The notes beneath the pieces are model-generated. The model had not been told where the DNA came from. It ran no database searches and saw only the letters and a list, made by a program, of their open reading frames with translations. 64,000 nucleotides of DNA from Callorhinchus milii (lineage: Eukaryota): contig NW_024704743.1 of NCBI RefSeq assembly GCF_018977255.1, positions 15,626,001 through 15,690,000 of the forward strand, in the 5' to 3' direction. Below are positions 25,171 to 39,021 of the stretch, piece by piece; position 1 is the first letter of the stretch; each line of letters opens with the position of its first letter. Made by a program: the position numbers and the translations under genes.

Positions 25171-28100
25171 GATGCATTCGCAACCCAAATACATCAGCCC
25201 CATCTGCACAGACCAGGCCTCTGTCCCACAGAATCCTGAGATCCCATATCCAGTGGAGTGAGATAAAAGTTGTCAGCCGAAAATGAAAGGGCCACTCTCG
25301 CCTGTTTCCCTCCTTGTGTTCTGGTGAGATAAACCACACTCCAGTCTGAGTGCCGTTTCGTTTTGCTCCTGGCAGGGACTTTAATTGGTATAATGCAGAT
25401 TTTTTTNGATCAGCAGAGGATTATTCTGCTTATCTTCCTTTAGTATCTTAGTTTGTGATGAAAAAGCCTTCGGTGAATTACAGATGCCAAATTTTGAAGC
25501 AAAGTGCTTCGGTGATTGACATCTCAAAGAAAAAGTCTGGTTTATTAGCCTTTAATTGAGAGGTAAGTAGTAATCCAGGTCCTACTGATTTGTGAAATTG
25601 CTTAATATGAAGGTCTCTTTGTGATTGTAATACACAAAACCCCAGCCCAGCTGTTAGAATAGCCCCGGCACATTGGCTGGGATACCTGGGTATTTTAAAC
25701 TATGAAATCCATCTTGTAGTGCTTTTACAGTAGTTGGCAGATAAGCTGGCAGGGTAAAGATTAATAACCCTCTACACTGCTATCAGTACCTGCTTGTCGA
25801 TTTTCTAGCAAAGGGCTGTCTATTCAGCATGAAAATTATTGATTAAATAAAAACTTGTTATTAGGGCACAATGTGATCCATAATCAGAAACAATAGTGGA
25901 CATCCTTCTTCCTGAGCCCTGCTCGTGCATCAAAACCTCCACAATATTTCATGTCATTTGTTCCAGTCACTTTGTCCTTCTAGTACCTGGCAGAGATACG
26001 TTACCCTGTTGTCATATGTGTAGATGTGACTCTACCAATAGATATAAGCACACTCTTGTGTGCTGGAATAGCATGTAATCCTTTCTTGTTATTCTCATAT
26101 CGAGACTTATGAAATGGTGTGTGTGCACACACGTCAACACTCTGTGTGCGCGCGCATGTGTGTAGGCTGTGTGTACATGCGTGCCCAAGATATGTGTCTG
26201 TCAGCCTGTCTGCTTTAAAATGAAAGCAATTCTTACTCGAAGATTTGCACTTGGCAAATAATTCAGAATTTTTTTAATTAAATGTTTCTTTTAATGGTTT
26301 GCAGCAAACTAAACTTTAAATGCTTTTCTAACCCAGTCTTGTCCCCCTAAATGCCCTATGAACAAAACCCTTATTCCTTAGGTTAGAAAAAGGCGCATTT
26401 CAGGATAATGCGTCTATCCACTGGTGATTGATTTACTCATCACAGAGGCTGCAATAGGTGATGGTGCAGGACTGAAAGCACACTGGCACCGTAGAATGAT
26501 ATTTTCTTTGTACTGAGGCCAGATATTTACTTTGAGAATTCCCAAACCCATGCCTTTTGATTTGTTTAAAAAATATATTTTCTGTCTATTTAATACTTGG
26601 AATACAATTGCTTTTGTTGGACAAATAAAGTTCAAATGGACAGTGCCCAATGTTTTCTAATGATTTATATGGAGAGGGCACTTCTTCACACAGATTTTTA
26701 ATTAATGTGTTCATTGATGGTGATTATAATCCTGTTGGAGCCTATTTGGTCGCCTTATCAGAGTGAAACTGTGTTAAAATAATAGCTGTTGGCATCTGCG
26801 GAGACTAACGTTTCTCTCGCTCTTCATTTCTTACAACGGCTCCAGTGTTGAATAGACCCTTCAAATTGTATCCCTCACTGAATCTCTGTGGAAACAGTGT
26901 TGAAAACCTTCAGACAAGCAGGGCCTCCTCTGTCAGTGCCCCAATGCTGCTGCCAATAGCATTTGGCCAAGTTTTTGGTTCTCAGTCCATTTACAGTGCA
27001 GAGGCTGTGAAATGATGCCTGTGTTCGCAGAAGTTTAATGATGAGAAAACTAGTTAACCATTTGTTAAGGCTGTTAGAGGAATTGTTAGCCACATGCAAC
27101 CCATGAAGCAATGGCGCCACTGACTTTGAACTGTAGTTCAGTGTGTGAGCTCTGATTTATAGATACCTAGAGAACACACACCAGGAATCGGTGAGTTATG
27201 GAAAATAAAATATCCAGCTGTATGGGCTGCATATGAATCTTATTTTGTATAATTCATAGTTAAGCCAGCAAACCTTCTAGTTATCAACAGATGTTCATGT
27301 TGCCTCGGCTTTAAAATGGTTTATTTTCCCTTAAGCTTCATATTTTGTTAATTGGTGGTCTGGTGTTGTAGCGGAAGGTGCTGTGTGCTTTGCCCTGTGT
27401 GGCAGGGCTGAAATGCTTGGGGGGGAAGTAGTGGAGAGTTAAGATGCTGCCTGCAGAGCAAGGTTGAAGCCCATGCTAAGCAATGGGAAGGAGAAGGAGG
27501 CAGGCACTGAAACGGGTTGGAAAGCCTGAGGCAGACAGTCATGGAGAACCCATGAAACGTGGGAAATAATTAGCCAAGAAAAGAGACTAAAGAGAGACTG
27601 AGAGCTCCAAATGAAAATGTGATTTTTTTTCTGTTAATCGTGTGTCTTCATATATGTGGAAGCCTATCACCATGTGTGTGGAATTGATGGACACTGTCCC
27701 CAGTACGTGTGTGTGAGTGTGGGGTGGGGTGGGGAGTGGTGAACAGTGTACCCAGTGCTTGGGGGTGGGGTGGGGGGATGCACCCTGCTTATCTAATTCC
27801 AGGGATTATTTGGTGCAGGATGACAAGAGCCTTTTGAACACTAGAGTCCAGCTCAAACTGCACAGCTTGCCATGGGGAGTAATGTTTGGCAAGCTTCCCG
27901 TTGTTTGTCCAGCCAGGTCCACCATCCCCGGTTAGCATTTTGGCTTAGGTGGTTACCAAGAGCTAAGTGGAAAGGATCCCTGCTCACAGTTGGTCCCTCC
28001 TGGGCTTGCTGAGGAGCCAGGCTGGCTGGACTGGTATCAGCACTGCACTGATGTACTGCGGAATCTCCTGGCTCAGGACTATGGACAGTCTCACAGAGGG

Positions 28101-30230
28101 TGGACCTGATTCCAATATTCCATTGCCAACTATTTTGTCTTGGAACCAGCTCAGCTCCAAGGAGACCCTGCTTACCTTCCCCTTTCCCTCTCAGAGAAGG
28201 AAAAAGTGAGTAGCAAATTGTCAGGCAGGATGAAGGTCATGTGCATTTCATTCAAGGAATTGTTAGCAACTCCTTCAAGACCCACAGATCTCTGCAGGTA
28301 AACCTAGAGCTATGAAAAATGGCAGCCAGATTTATCGTTTCACCCACAAATATACTGTCAATTCACTTTACAGTATATTCTGTGAAGGTCTTTGAGACGT
28401 CGAGAAGACGTGAAAAAGCGCTATGTCAAATACAAGGATTATTATTTATTTATTATTTATCGTAGTATCTCACGACTGGTAATCAAAAGTGCTAAAATAT
28501 CTAAATTACATAGAGTTTAAGTACTTTTTACAAATTATGTAAATTTATTTTCAAACAATTGCATTCATAATGGATAGTAAATGTTATGCCTGTTAAAAAT
28601 GACAGCTGACCTTTCTTATAAAATGAGTGTGGTATTTTCTTTGACTGTTTTTAATTGGCAGTATGTTACATTATCAAGTGAAGCTGAGATGCTTTATTGT
28701 ATCTTCCTTGAGGGAGAAGCGGGTTCTAATTGGCTTTGAGTCGAGCCAGGCTGGTCCACAGTACTCTAGGATACTGCAGACCGCCCAGCCAACCTGGCCC
28801 ATTAGCAGGACTTTGAGGAACAGTTTGGTAGGTCGCTCAGGGTAGGGATTCTTCTCATTCAGCTCCTGTTAACCCTGCAAGCTAAAGCCCCATTGGGTCG
28901 TGTGTTCTGCATGGTAAAGCAGCAGAAAGTTTGCCAGACAGTGTTCTCAATGGCAAGCTAGGCGGTTTTAGCTGGTTGGATTCCAGCAGTACTCCAACTT
29001 GCACTCTGGGGTCCCCAAGTATTGGCTGTTGCCATCTTGAGCCTAATACTCCAGAATTAGGTAATCAGAGTGCACCCTTCCAGTGAGAGAATGCTTATTC
29101 CATTCCAGACCCAGGGAAATTTCTATGTGTAGGTGGCATACAAATGGTGGAACTCTGACCAATGCGGAGATCAACATTATGTTTAAGAATATCCAAAGCA
29201 GATAGATACCCGGCTGAGCATAAAAAAAATCTGTACTGAGTGAGGCTGAGATGATAATGGTGCTGTATTGAGTGAAGCTGAGATGCGGAACAGGAGAATT
29301 GTGTCATAAACTTTCATTGAATAACTCACATGCCACTTTGTCTATTATCTATTCCCTTTTCCCTCCAGCTTCTTTTATACATTTACCAACTGTGTTTGGT
29401 GTTTCAATTATTTCTCTTTCTAATATTCTGGTCTCATTTAAAGTCCCTGAATTAATTTAGTGAGATCATTGTACTTTAGTTAACATTGCAATTAATTCTG
29501 GAACACTTTTTCTGTAATTCTTCCATTGTCCAATAGCCAATGTAATCTACGGATAGTTATTACTAAAGCTATTTTAAACTTCAAAGCAGTAGCTGAGCAC
29601 AATTTTGTTTTAAATTCGATCACACAGTTAAATACTTTGTTTTAAAGGCTCTTAAAATTGCCTTTATTTTGCTGTTTGTAAATCACAGTGCTAGTCGAAG
29701 GAACACCCTCTTGGGATTCCAAATATATAGACTTCAGGCCTTATTAGGATGCAATTCCTAACACAGATATGTATTTCAATGAATACAAACCAAATCTGGG
29801 ATAGATTTCAGTCCTTATTTTGTATCAAATTTTGGCTGACAAACTTTTATATGTTAACCCTTTGAGTGACGACGTTTACTTTCAGAATTAGTGTGGTTGT
29901 CTGCACATGACAGTTATGTAAAACAAAATCTTAATGATGAATATCATGAAGCAGAATTAGAAAAAAAACACAAACCATTCTTAATTTGTAGTAAATCTTA
30001 GAATAAACAAAGTCAAAGTATCCTTATTTTCCATAGTGCTGTGTGCACTCTGGTTGCATCGTTTTTCCCACAAAATACACAGTCAATCCACTTTACAATA
30101 TATTCTGTGAAGCACTGTGAGACGACACAACGATGTGATGAGGTGCTATATCAAATGCAAGGATTACTATTATTATTTTAGGTTAAGATTTGTCTGAGAA
30201 AAGCTGCTATAGCACCTCATTGACAATGTG

Positions 30231-30632
30231 TGTCAGCCTGGCGCAGTTGGTAGCACTCTAGCCTCTGAGTTAGAAGTTTGTGTGTTCAAACCCTGAGTTG
30301 GAACTGAGATGGACATATTTTCTATGCTGACACTCCAGTGCAGCACTGGAGCAGGGCTGCATTGGTGGAGTTGCCTTTCTTTGGATGAGACATTAAACTG
30401 TGAAGATCCCAGCGTACTATTTGAAAACGGTTTCTTCTGGTGTGCTGGACAACAATCCCTCAAATATAATCACTCACTTCATGGCTGTTTGTGTGACATT
30501 TCAGTGCGGAAATTGTCTGCCGCATTTGCCCACACAATACGTAGTCACTCCACTTGGTGGTGTATCTTGTGAAGCGCTTTGAGATGTGCCCTGAATGCAA
30601 AAGGAACTATATCAAATGTAATGATTATTTTA
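30231..30632 (+). mobile_element. Full-length diverged Deu-core SINE (SacSINE1/AmnSINE1-type), preceded by a SINE tail at 30040-30178
   Basis: Head tgtcagcctggcgcagttggtagcactctagcctctgag; core ctgacactccagtgcagcactg...ggatgagacattaaac; L2-type tail. Confidence 0.75.
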
Positions 30633-31022
30633 TGTAGCTCTGCACATTTTGTGTCCCTTAATGTCTTGCTTTACCCCAGTGAGCGTATTTAAATCATTAT
30701 TTTCCTAACTGTAAAGTTTGAAAGTAGTTCTCATATCTAAAAGGTAATTCTGTTGCCATAATCAACAGAGGTGATGGAGGGAAAAGGCTGACGTATTGGA
30801 TCCATAGCTCGCATCTTCCCACTGAGGCTCCTTTACTCAGTTATGGGTTATTCCAGCTGCCTCTGATGATGTGGCCATTGAGAATGTTTTGTTTCCTTTC
30901 CCCAACTTTCTCAATGCAATTAAATAAGAGAAAGCTTCAGATTTTACTGGTGTGTAAATTGATACAGACTGTGGTTCAGCCTGAATTATCAAAGTAATAA
31001 CAAAATAAAGGTTGATACCCTC

Positions 31023-31078
31023 TTAAAGTATTGAGTATTATTAAAGTATTGGGTGCTATTAAAGTATTGGGTAGTATT
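31023..31078. repeat. Tandem repeat, 3 x 18 bp
   Basis: ttaaagtattg(a/g)gt(at/gc)ta units. Confidence 0.85.
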
Positions 31079-31374
31079 CGGTTGTAACAGGAGAAATCCT
31101 CATTTTTGTGAATACTTTAATTTTAAATAAACCCATTTCCCAACTAAATTCTGAATTAAGGTTAAAGTTGATGATTTTTGTTTGGCATCTCTTATTCTGC
31201 AGAAGACTTGGAACAATTTAAGTGGGGAAAATGCAGCAAGTTCCAGAATTGCAATCAATCAGTGCATCTTGCTTGCAGTTACTACAGATGGTCAAGTAAT
31301 CTTTACTGGAACAGAACGTGATGATACTTCAGATCTCAGGACAAAGTAGATCATGAATATTCTTATAGATTGCA

Positions 31375-31795
31375 GTACTCAGTTTGTAGTGCTCTCTACA
31401 CTGAGTCAAAAAGTTGTGGATTTAATCCCATGTCAGGATTTTGAGTTCCTCATCTAGCCTGACATGTCAATGCAGTGCTAGGAGGATGCTGCATGTCGGA
31501 GGTGCAGTAGTTCAGATGGGACGTTAACTGAGGTCCTGTCTGCCTGTTCAGGTAGACATTAAAGATCGCATGAAGCTATTCAAAAATAGAAGGGAGTTTC
31601 TCCTGGTGTCCTGGACATCAATCTACCAGTTAAATTGCTATTCACTTCAATGGCTGTTTGTGGGAAATTGCTGTGCACAAATTGGCTGCCACGTTCATCT
31701 AATAAATACACAGTAAACATACTTTACAATAAGTGCCGTGAAGTGCTTTGAGATGTTTTTGATGTTATAGGCGCTATACCAAAATGAAGTTTGTT
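31375..31795 (+). mobile_element. Diverged Deu-core SINE
   Basis: gtcggaggtgcagtagttcagatgggacgttaactgaggtcctgtctgcctgttcaggtagacattaaagatc core plus the shared tail. Confidence 0.75.
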
Positions 31796-32734
31796 TTGAT
31801 TATAATTGCTTATAGTGTAGTTTGGAAAGTAAATCAAAGTAAATTCATCAAAACAACAGGATTGAACTTATTCTGTGGGTGAAGGAAAAGTGATATCTTT
31901 ATTACGTTTCTGAGATGAAAAACTTTTTCTTGCAATTAGTTAATGGCTTGAAAAATAAGATGTTTACTCCAGTAACCAAAAGTGTACCATGCCAATCCGT
32001 AAGAGCTCCTCCCCAGCTCTCCTGGCCAGGAAATAGCTGAGATGGTCAAATTGCGATTAATCTTGTAAATATACATTGACAGTTTTCTGCAGAGTGCAAT
32101 GTAGAAGATGCACAATAAAGACTCCTGGGATATGAATTAACATCCTGGGAGCAGGCTGACCTGAAAATGTTCTCTCATCAGTTGTGTGGTCAGCACCACA
32201 AGTAGCATGAATCGAATGGCAATTTTTTTTTATCATAGCATTAGGAGAAGGCCATTCAGGCTGTCCTGCTATTTTAATAGATTTTGCCAGATCTTTTAAT
32301 CCCATACACACCAATGGTCAGGTCCAGTTAAAATGTTGAAAACCGGATAGAAATATGTCCATTTTTGAAATGTTCCAGCTGTGGTGCTTTGCGTTTCCGC
32401 TGGTTCAGTCATCTCCCCAATGTACTGTGATGAAATCATAGTGTGGGGTGTACTGACATGCCACACTGTGTTTTCCAGTGCAGCAGTGGAGAATTGGGTT
32501 GTAAATCTTTTTACAAAGCTAATAATGAAACCACAGCAGCTAGGGGAAGGATGAGGTGATAGTAATCCCGTTCAAGAATTCAGAGGAGGTTTACAACCTT
32601 TTCTGCTCTTGTTTGGACCACAAAGCACAGCTTGAGTGTTCTTTGCTCCCTTTGACTCTGTTCTAAATTGTTCAACAGACTTAAACAATGAAGTAATGAC
32701 TGGTAGGAAATTTAGTCTATTCTAGGTAAATGAG

Positions 32735-33095
32735 AGCCTCGCCTCTGAGTCAGGAGGTTATGAGTTCAAGCCAGCTTCAGAATTTTGAGTTCATCGTCTT
32801 GGCTGACACTTGGATGCAGTGCTGGGGGAGCATTGGATTGTTGGAGATGCCACCGTTTGGATGAGATATAAACTTGAGGCGTAGTCAAAAGGGGAAAGGA
32901 CTTTCTCCCTGTGCCCTGCCCAACTATTCCCCAGAGAGAAAAAAAAGTTATGTATTTCATGGCTGTTTGTAGGATTTTGCTGTGTGCAAATTGGCTGCTA
33001 CGTTCTCCTACGAATACAGTAACTAAACTTTACAGAAAGTTCTGTGCTTTGAGACTTTTTGACATAAGACGTTGCAACAGATGCAAAGATTTTTT
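32735..33095 (+). mobile_element. Diverged Deu-core SINE
   Basis: ctcgcctctgagtcaggaggttatgagttcaag head; gttggagatgccaccgtttggatgagatataaac core; shared tail. Confidence 0.72.
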
Positions 33096-33163
33096 ATGGT
33101 ATTGGAACATGGCCTCATGTAGTGTACCATGGGCAACCAATATTAAAGTTAACATTGTACAGA

Positions 33164-33715
33164 CAACAATAACATCAAATTACATTCGTATAGCGCCTTT
33201 AATGTCAGAAGGATGTCCCAAAGCGCTGGCCAGTCAGGGATTTGGACCCGAGCAGGGATTTAGGATCAGGAGGGATGGAGGACAGAGAGGGCAGGGGTAG
33301 GAGGGTGGCTGAAAGGGCGGTTGAAGAAGAGGGTCTTGAGACGTGCCTTGAAGGAGGCAAGGGAGGGTGCGAGGCGAAAGGATTGTGGGCTGGAGTTCCA
33401 AAGGGTGGAGGCAGAAAGGCTGAAGGCCAAACCGCCCATGGTGTAGTGGGCCAGGGGGGTAAGTGGAGCAGGCTGCAAGGAGCCTGCTGAGTGGAGGAGC
33501 AGACAGATTGATAAGGGTCACAGAAACAGGAAGTGACAAGGCCGTGGAGGGCCTTGAAGGCGGGGATGAGGATTTTGAACTCTATCCTCTGGGGGATGGA
33601 GAGCCAGTGGAGACGGGCAAGGGTGGGAGTGATAGGACCATGGAGCCTGGTGCGGGAGATGATACGAGCTGGCAGGGTCTGGATGATCTGCAGCTTGTGG
33701 AGGGAAGAGTTGGGA
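33164..33715 (-). mobile_element. L2 LINE 3' fragment
   Basis: Minus-strand GGLAFSLSASTLWNSSPQSFRLAPSLASFKARLKTLFF plus the L2 tail. Confidence 0.88.
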
Positions 33716-35424
33716 AGTCAATGTTTTCCCCATTTAAATTAAAAGTTTGCCATGGGGAATGTCTGGAACAAAGTAATTCACCGCTTAATGCCATTTAACA
33801 CTTTTTAATAAGTTGTAATTGTGGTTTAATATTGCTATCTCTGGAAGCTGTCCAATTGTGGTGTGGTCCAGTACCTATTTCTATAAACTCTAAGTGAGCC
33901 TTCCTAAGCTAAGAAAAAAATCTCCCCACAGTTAACGAAGGCAACATAAAGAACTGAAAACGAATAATAAAGTAGAAAGGCTTTCATCAATATATTTATA
34001 ATAAGAGTACAAGTGTCAAAGGTACTAATTTAATTTCATAAAGCAGACTTTGTTCAAACTTACTTCTGTTCAACAAGAGTACATATCACAGCAGTCAATT
34101 TGTCACCCCCACCACCCCCACTCCCACTCCCACCATTTTCACAGGGTTTGGCTGTTAGGAGAACAACAACATCATCTTGCAGTTATGTATTGCCCTTCAC
34201 GTAGGGTAGCAACTCGGAAGCTTAATCAAGAAGTGTTGTCGCAGGATTTGGTTGTCGGGGCAGCGGTTTTGCTGGGACACGGGGCCTGTCCAGCGAAACC
34301 CAGGACTGTTGGGAGCGAGGCCACTGGTGCCCTCGCCTCCACACAGAGGTGAACCCCATAGCTTGAGCACCTCTGCTCTAAAGCATCGAGCCTTTGGTAT
34401 AAACTGAAGGAGACTGATACATCGGAAAAGAGAGCTTTAGCGTCTTCTGTGCAGTTAATTTGTTCAGGCTGCAACTTTGTAATTTTTCCAATTTCTTCTC
34501 TTACGCTCACAAAAGTGAATCTAACAGGCCCCCGTGTGGCATTGTTTATTACTGCAGACAGTGTTCAGATCACCAGAGGTTTGGAATGAAGCCTCTTCAG
34601 CCCATTAGATCTTATTCTCCTAGAATACCGATCCGATTAAGGCCTTCCCATCGCAGCATTAGGCTGTTTCTTAAATGACTGGCATTTTGACCACTACCAC
34701 CATTCCAGCTTTTGGTTGCCCTCTGTCTGAAAATGGACTTCCTGGTTTCTCTTCTAAAGTTGCCCTTCACGATCCTGAGCCTGGTCCCTTCTGGTGATGC
34801 TGCTGTTCAGTGAGGATAGTGGATGGTTATGAAACGCACTGGTATCCATCCCTCTGCCATATTCTGTACAGTGAGGAACCTAACCGATATTAATGTTATG
34901 AGGGTACAAACACCTTTCTTTCCTCTTTAAATTGAAAGTGGAGATTCCTCACTTCTACACAGGCAGAGGACAACTTTCCAAGTGTCTGCAAATTGCATAA
35001 TAATAATCATCTTTTCATTTGATATAGCGCCTTTCACATAATGTCTTCAAGTGCTTAACAGGAATTAAATTATTATTATATTATTATTATTAAAGAAATT
35101 TACAGAAAGCAGCCTTCAACGAGGCTGCATTTGAGAATTTGCCAAATTCTGGACGCTCTGAAGTGTAACATAAACAGAGTAAATCTAGACCCAGGTGGAT
35201 TTCCTCTCTACAAATTTTTTAATTGAATGAAACTTGATGCAATGAGCTTTCAAACATCTAAAATCAAAATGAATCTTTTGGTTTTGCAAAATTGAACGTT
35301 TCAAATGGCTTGGAAATCAAGGTTTGTTTTTTAAATGGTGAATTTTCTATCAAGAATGGCCGAAAAATGGTGTTTTATAAATATCATCCTCTTAGACTCA
35401 ATTTAATTGTGTATAGGATCCATT

Positions 35425-35610
35425 ATTAATAATAATATAATAATATTTGCAGTTGATATAGCACCTTATCTTTGAGACGTCTCAAGCGCCGCACAGAATA
35501 TACTGTAAAGTGAACTAACTGTATATTTTATGGGCGAAACCCGGCAGATAATTGTGCACAGCAATGTCCCACAAACAGTCGTGGATTGAGTGACCAAACT
35601 TATTATTTGT
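35425..35610 (-). mobile_element. SINE 3' half
   Basis: Matches the tail module of 1234-1555 (cacagcaatgtcccacaaacagtcgt). Confidence 0.8.
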
Positions 35611-35820
35611 TTGTAAAAAAGAGAGAAACAGAAACAGCTAGAAATAATGAGAGAGAAGAGAGACAGACGGAAAGAAACAGATAGATAGATAAGAAATAAC
35701 TTGCTTTACTGTAAAGTGTAGTGACTGTGTAGGCGATTGCTGCAGCCGATATATAACAAACAATAAAAAAAAGCGTGTAACTAATATCATTTTTGTTTCC
35801 TGACGAGATCTTTCCTTTGA

Positions 35821-36054
<234 letters not shown>

Positions 36055-36144
36055 TAAGTCACTGAGAGGATGTATCCTGTTGCCAAGAGCAAAGTGATTG
36101 AAAATGTGTATCCTTTATAAGGCAAGTTCCACAGTAAAAAGATA

Positions 36145-36490
36145 TAATAGAATCATATAAATCACAACTCAGCAGAAGGTCATTTGGTCATTGAGCCTAC
36201 ATTGGTGTTAGCTCATCCTATTTAGCTGTCTACTCTAATCCCAAATCTCCATTCTTACCCCATACCTTTTTATACTGTTTCTCTTCCAATACTAATCTAG
36301 TTCTCTTTAAAATGTTCTTATGGTCTTAGCTTCTCTGGTCACTTGTGGAAGAGTATTCAGTGTTCAAATAAACCCTTTTCAAATATTTATTCTAGTCTTT
36401 TACCCCCTTGACTCTTCCAAATGATAATCCTGATCTCATGCCCCCCTTGTTACCAATTCGCCAACAGCAGCAATAAGCTTTCACTATTTA
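36145..36490 (-). mobile_element. Old CR1 3' fragment
   Basis: atagaatcatataaatcacaac...ttacccc atacc pattern typical of a reverse-oriented CR1 3' UTR; highly diverged. Confidence 0.55.
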
Positions 36491-38185
36491 AAACCTTTGC
36501 GTTGTGACTAACAAGAAAACACATGTTCTTCTCCTCTGAATTTTGAAAGCTATTTTATTTCTGAAGAGTTTTATTCTACCAATTTAGTAGTGATGTGTTA
36601 ACATTGTGCGTCTGCCTTGGCTAATTCCAGAGATGATTAGTTTCTTGCTTCTTCGGAGGGTGAATGGTCTTGTCTCATTCTGTGCATCTCTAACTTATTT
36701 CGGACCACGTAAAAAGAAATGATTAATGGAGAAAGGACAACAACAGCACTTATTTCTAAGACATTTCTCACTCTGCTACTTGTACTGAGCAAATGTAGCT
36801 GTAAACATGATTCGGGTCAACAGCTGCTTTTTTCCTTCTGTAAATTATTCAAAACCCACATTCTAAATATGTTTTCCCACCTGAGTCTCTGACCTGCAAC
36901 ACAGATGAAATAAAAAATTAAGATAATCCTCCATTCTAACAAGATCACAATTAAAATCATCTGAGTAAAAAATGGAATATCAACAGAGGGTTACAGAGGA
37001 GCAAGCAAAAAATGGGATTAGGTTAGGTAGTTTGTGTGAAGAAAAACTTTATTGGGACTGACATTCTATTACTACTCTTATCAATTGAAAATTCTGTCTA
37101 ATCAGATGTTGGGAATAGTGAGTGAAAATTTGAGGTTCATGAAATGTATCACATCAGTTGGGCTGGAGTTAGATGTCTCCCTCCCTTCCTTCCTGCCTCC
37201 CATCACTCATGTCAATATTGCAGGCGGAACAGCTGAATATACAGCACAAATGTTGCATGCACTGCAAGTTTCAAGTGTGTCTCTGCAGGTTCTGATAAAC
37301 ATTGCCACAACTGACATTTAACATAGGCTCTAGTCTTGGAACATTCCCGATAAAGTTGCTTAGCTCTTAGTAGTGTTGAAAGTGCCAGTAATGATCTGCA
37401 TTTAATGAACTACTGAAAAGTTATTTTTATGCTTGAGGGCAAAATATTGTATTTCTGTCCATGTAAATAACGTTAGCAGATTAATGACAAAGGTAGCACT
37501 TGAATAAAAGCATTTTCCAAGCAATGCCATTATTCATCACAGTGTCTTAGAATTCTGAACCCAGACATTAAGACATTGAATCTTGACATTGAGCCTGAAA
37601 TATAATGCGTTGTTAAATGGATTTTTATTGAATGATTAAAAAAACTATAGTTTTGAACTTCACAAAAGCAGTGAACCAAACTTGACAGGTGATTTTATTG
37701 TGTGTGGTTAACATTTTTACTGTCTTTTTCACATACTGCAAATCCACTTCTGCAGTTACATTTGTACACTATACTGTATTCATATCCTTACAGACCTACG
37801 TACCATTTTGAGTGAACCCTAGTTGCTAAGGTTATTTATCGGTGAATTTTGCAGATATATATGTTTAGGAATAATGAACCCAGCTCCAACCCAAAATTGA
37901 GCCTCACAAGGATGTCATGAGGCAATTGTGGTTTCTTGCAAGAGATGCACTTTATCCAGCTTTGAGGCACCATTTACTCTATTGCTTTGCAGACGACTGC
38001 TTTATCAGTCCATAGTAGTACTAGACGTTCCCAGCATCTACAGGGAGATTCACATTTAGCTAACTGGAGTGTCAGCAAGCAAATGGATGTTCTGTGGTCA
38101 ATAATGTAGGTGTGCATTCAATGCAATGTCAAAAGCAATCAACTGGATGATGGAAGATCACTTACTACATGTTTGGTTTCTACAG

Positions 38186-38350
38186 TTTGAGGGTTGTGCA
38201 AAGGCCTACTCCAGACTAGAAAACTTGAAAACCCATCTGCGGTCTCACACTGGAGAGAAACCGTATGTCTGCGAGCACGAGGGCTGTAACAAGGCTTTCT
38301 CCAATGCATCTGACAGAGCAAAGCACCAGAACAGAACTCATTCAAATGAG
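38186..38350 (+). CDS. gli3: GLI3 coding exon (exon 12 equivalent), ZF3-ZF4
   Basis: cag|TTT...GAG|gtaagc, 165 bp. [55 protein letters not shown]. Confidence 0.98.
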
Positions 38351-38606
38351 GTAAGCCATCAGCAAATAGGACCTTATAGATGCAGCACATCTGGGCTTAT
38401 CCTGCTTCGGTATATGTTACTGATTGTTTTGTAACTTTTGATTTTTATTATTTAAATGGATGAAGCAAATAGAATAAAGTTCAGAGAGCAAAGGCAGAAT
38501 GGCTAAAAGCCTGTTCGCTGATGGTGGAGTGGGTGGGGCGGCGGACATGAAGCAGGCTGATGCTCGTTGAGCAAAGGCAACAGTTGGGTCAGTATGGTTG
38601 AAGGAG

Positions 38607-39021
38607 ATCGCCTTCAAAGCCCTCCACGGCCTTGATCCTTCCTACCTCAGTAACCTGCTACCGGATATCGACCTGTCTGCTTCCTCCGCTCAGCATGTGC
38701 TGGCCAGCTCTACTTCCACCACCCGGGCCACACCACCATCGGCGATTGGGCATTCAGCTTTTTTGTCCCCACCCTTTGGAACTACATCTCACAGTCCATT
38801 CGCTTTGCTCCCTCTCTTACCTCCTTCAAGGCACATCTCAAGACCCTCCTCTTTGACATCGCCTTCGGTCACCCTCTTACCCCTACTTTATTCTTATCCT
38901 TCCTGCAGTCTACCCCTCCTGATCCCATCTCCCTGCTCGCGTCCAAATCCCTGACTGTCCAGTGTCTTGGGACATCCTCCCGATGTGAAAGGTGCTATAC
39001 AAGAGTAGTTTTTGTTGTTGT
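38607..39021 (+). mobile_element. L2 LINE 3' fragment
   Basis: AFKALHGLDPSYLSNLL plus the L2 tail gggacatcctcccgatgtgaaaggtgct. Confidence 0.88.

Noticed and set aside
24970..25261. His/Thr/Pro-rich and Val/Cys-rich ORFs
   Set aside because: Translation of a CA-rich simple repeat.
25407..25407. Single N base
   Set aside because: Assembly ambiguity at the end of a poly-T run, not biological.
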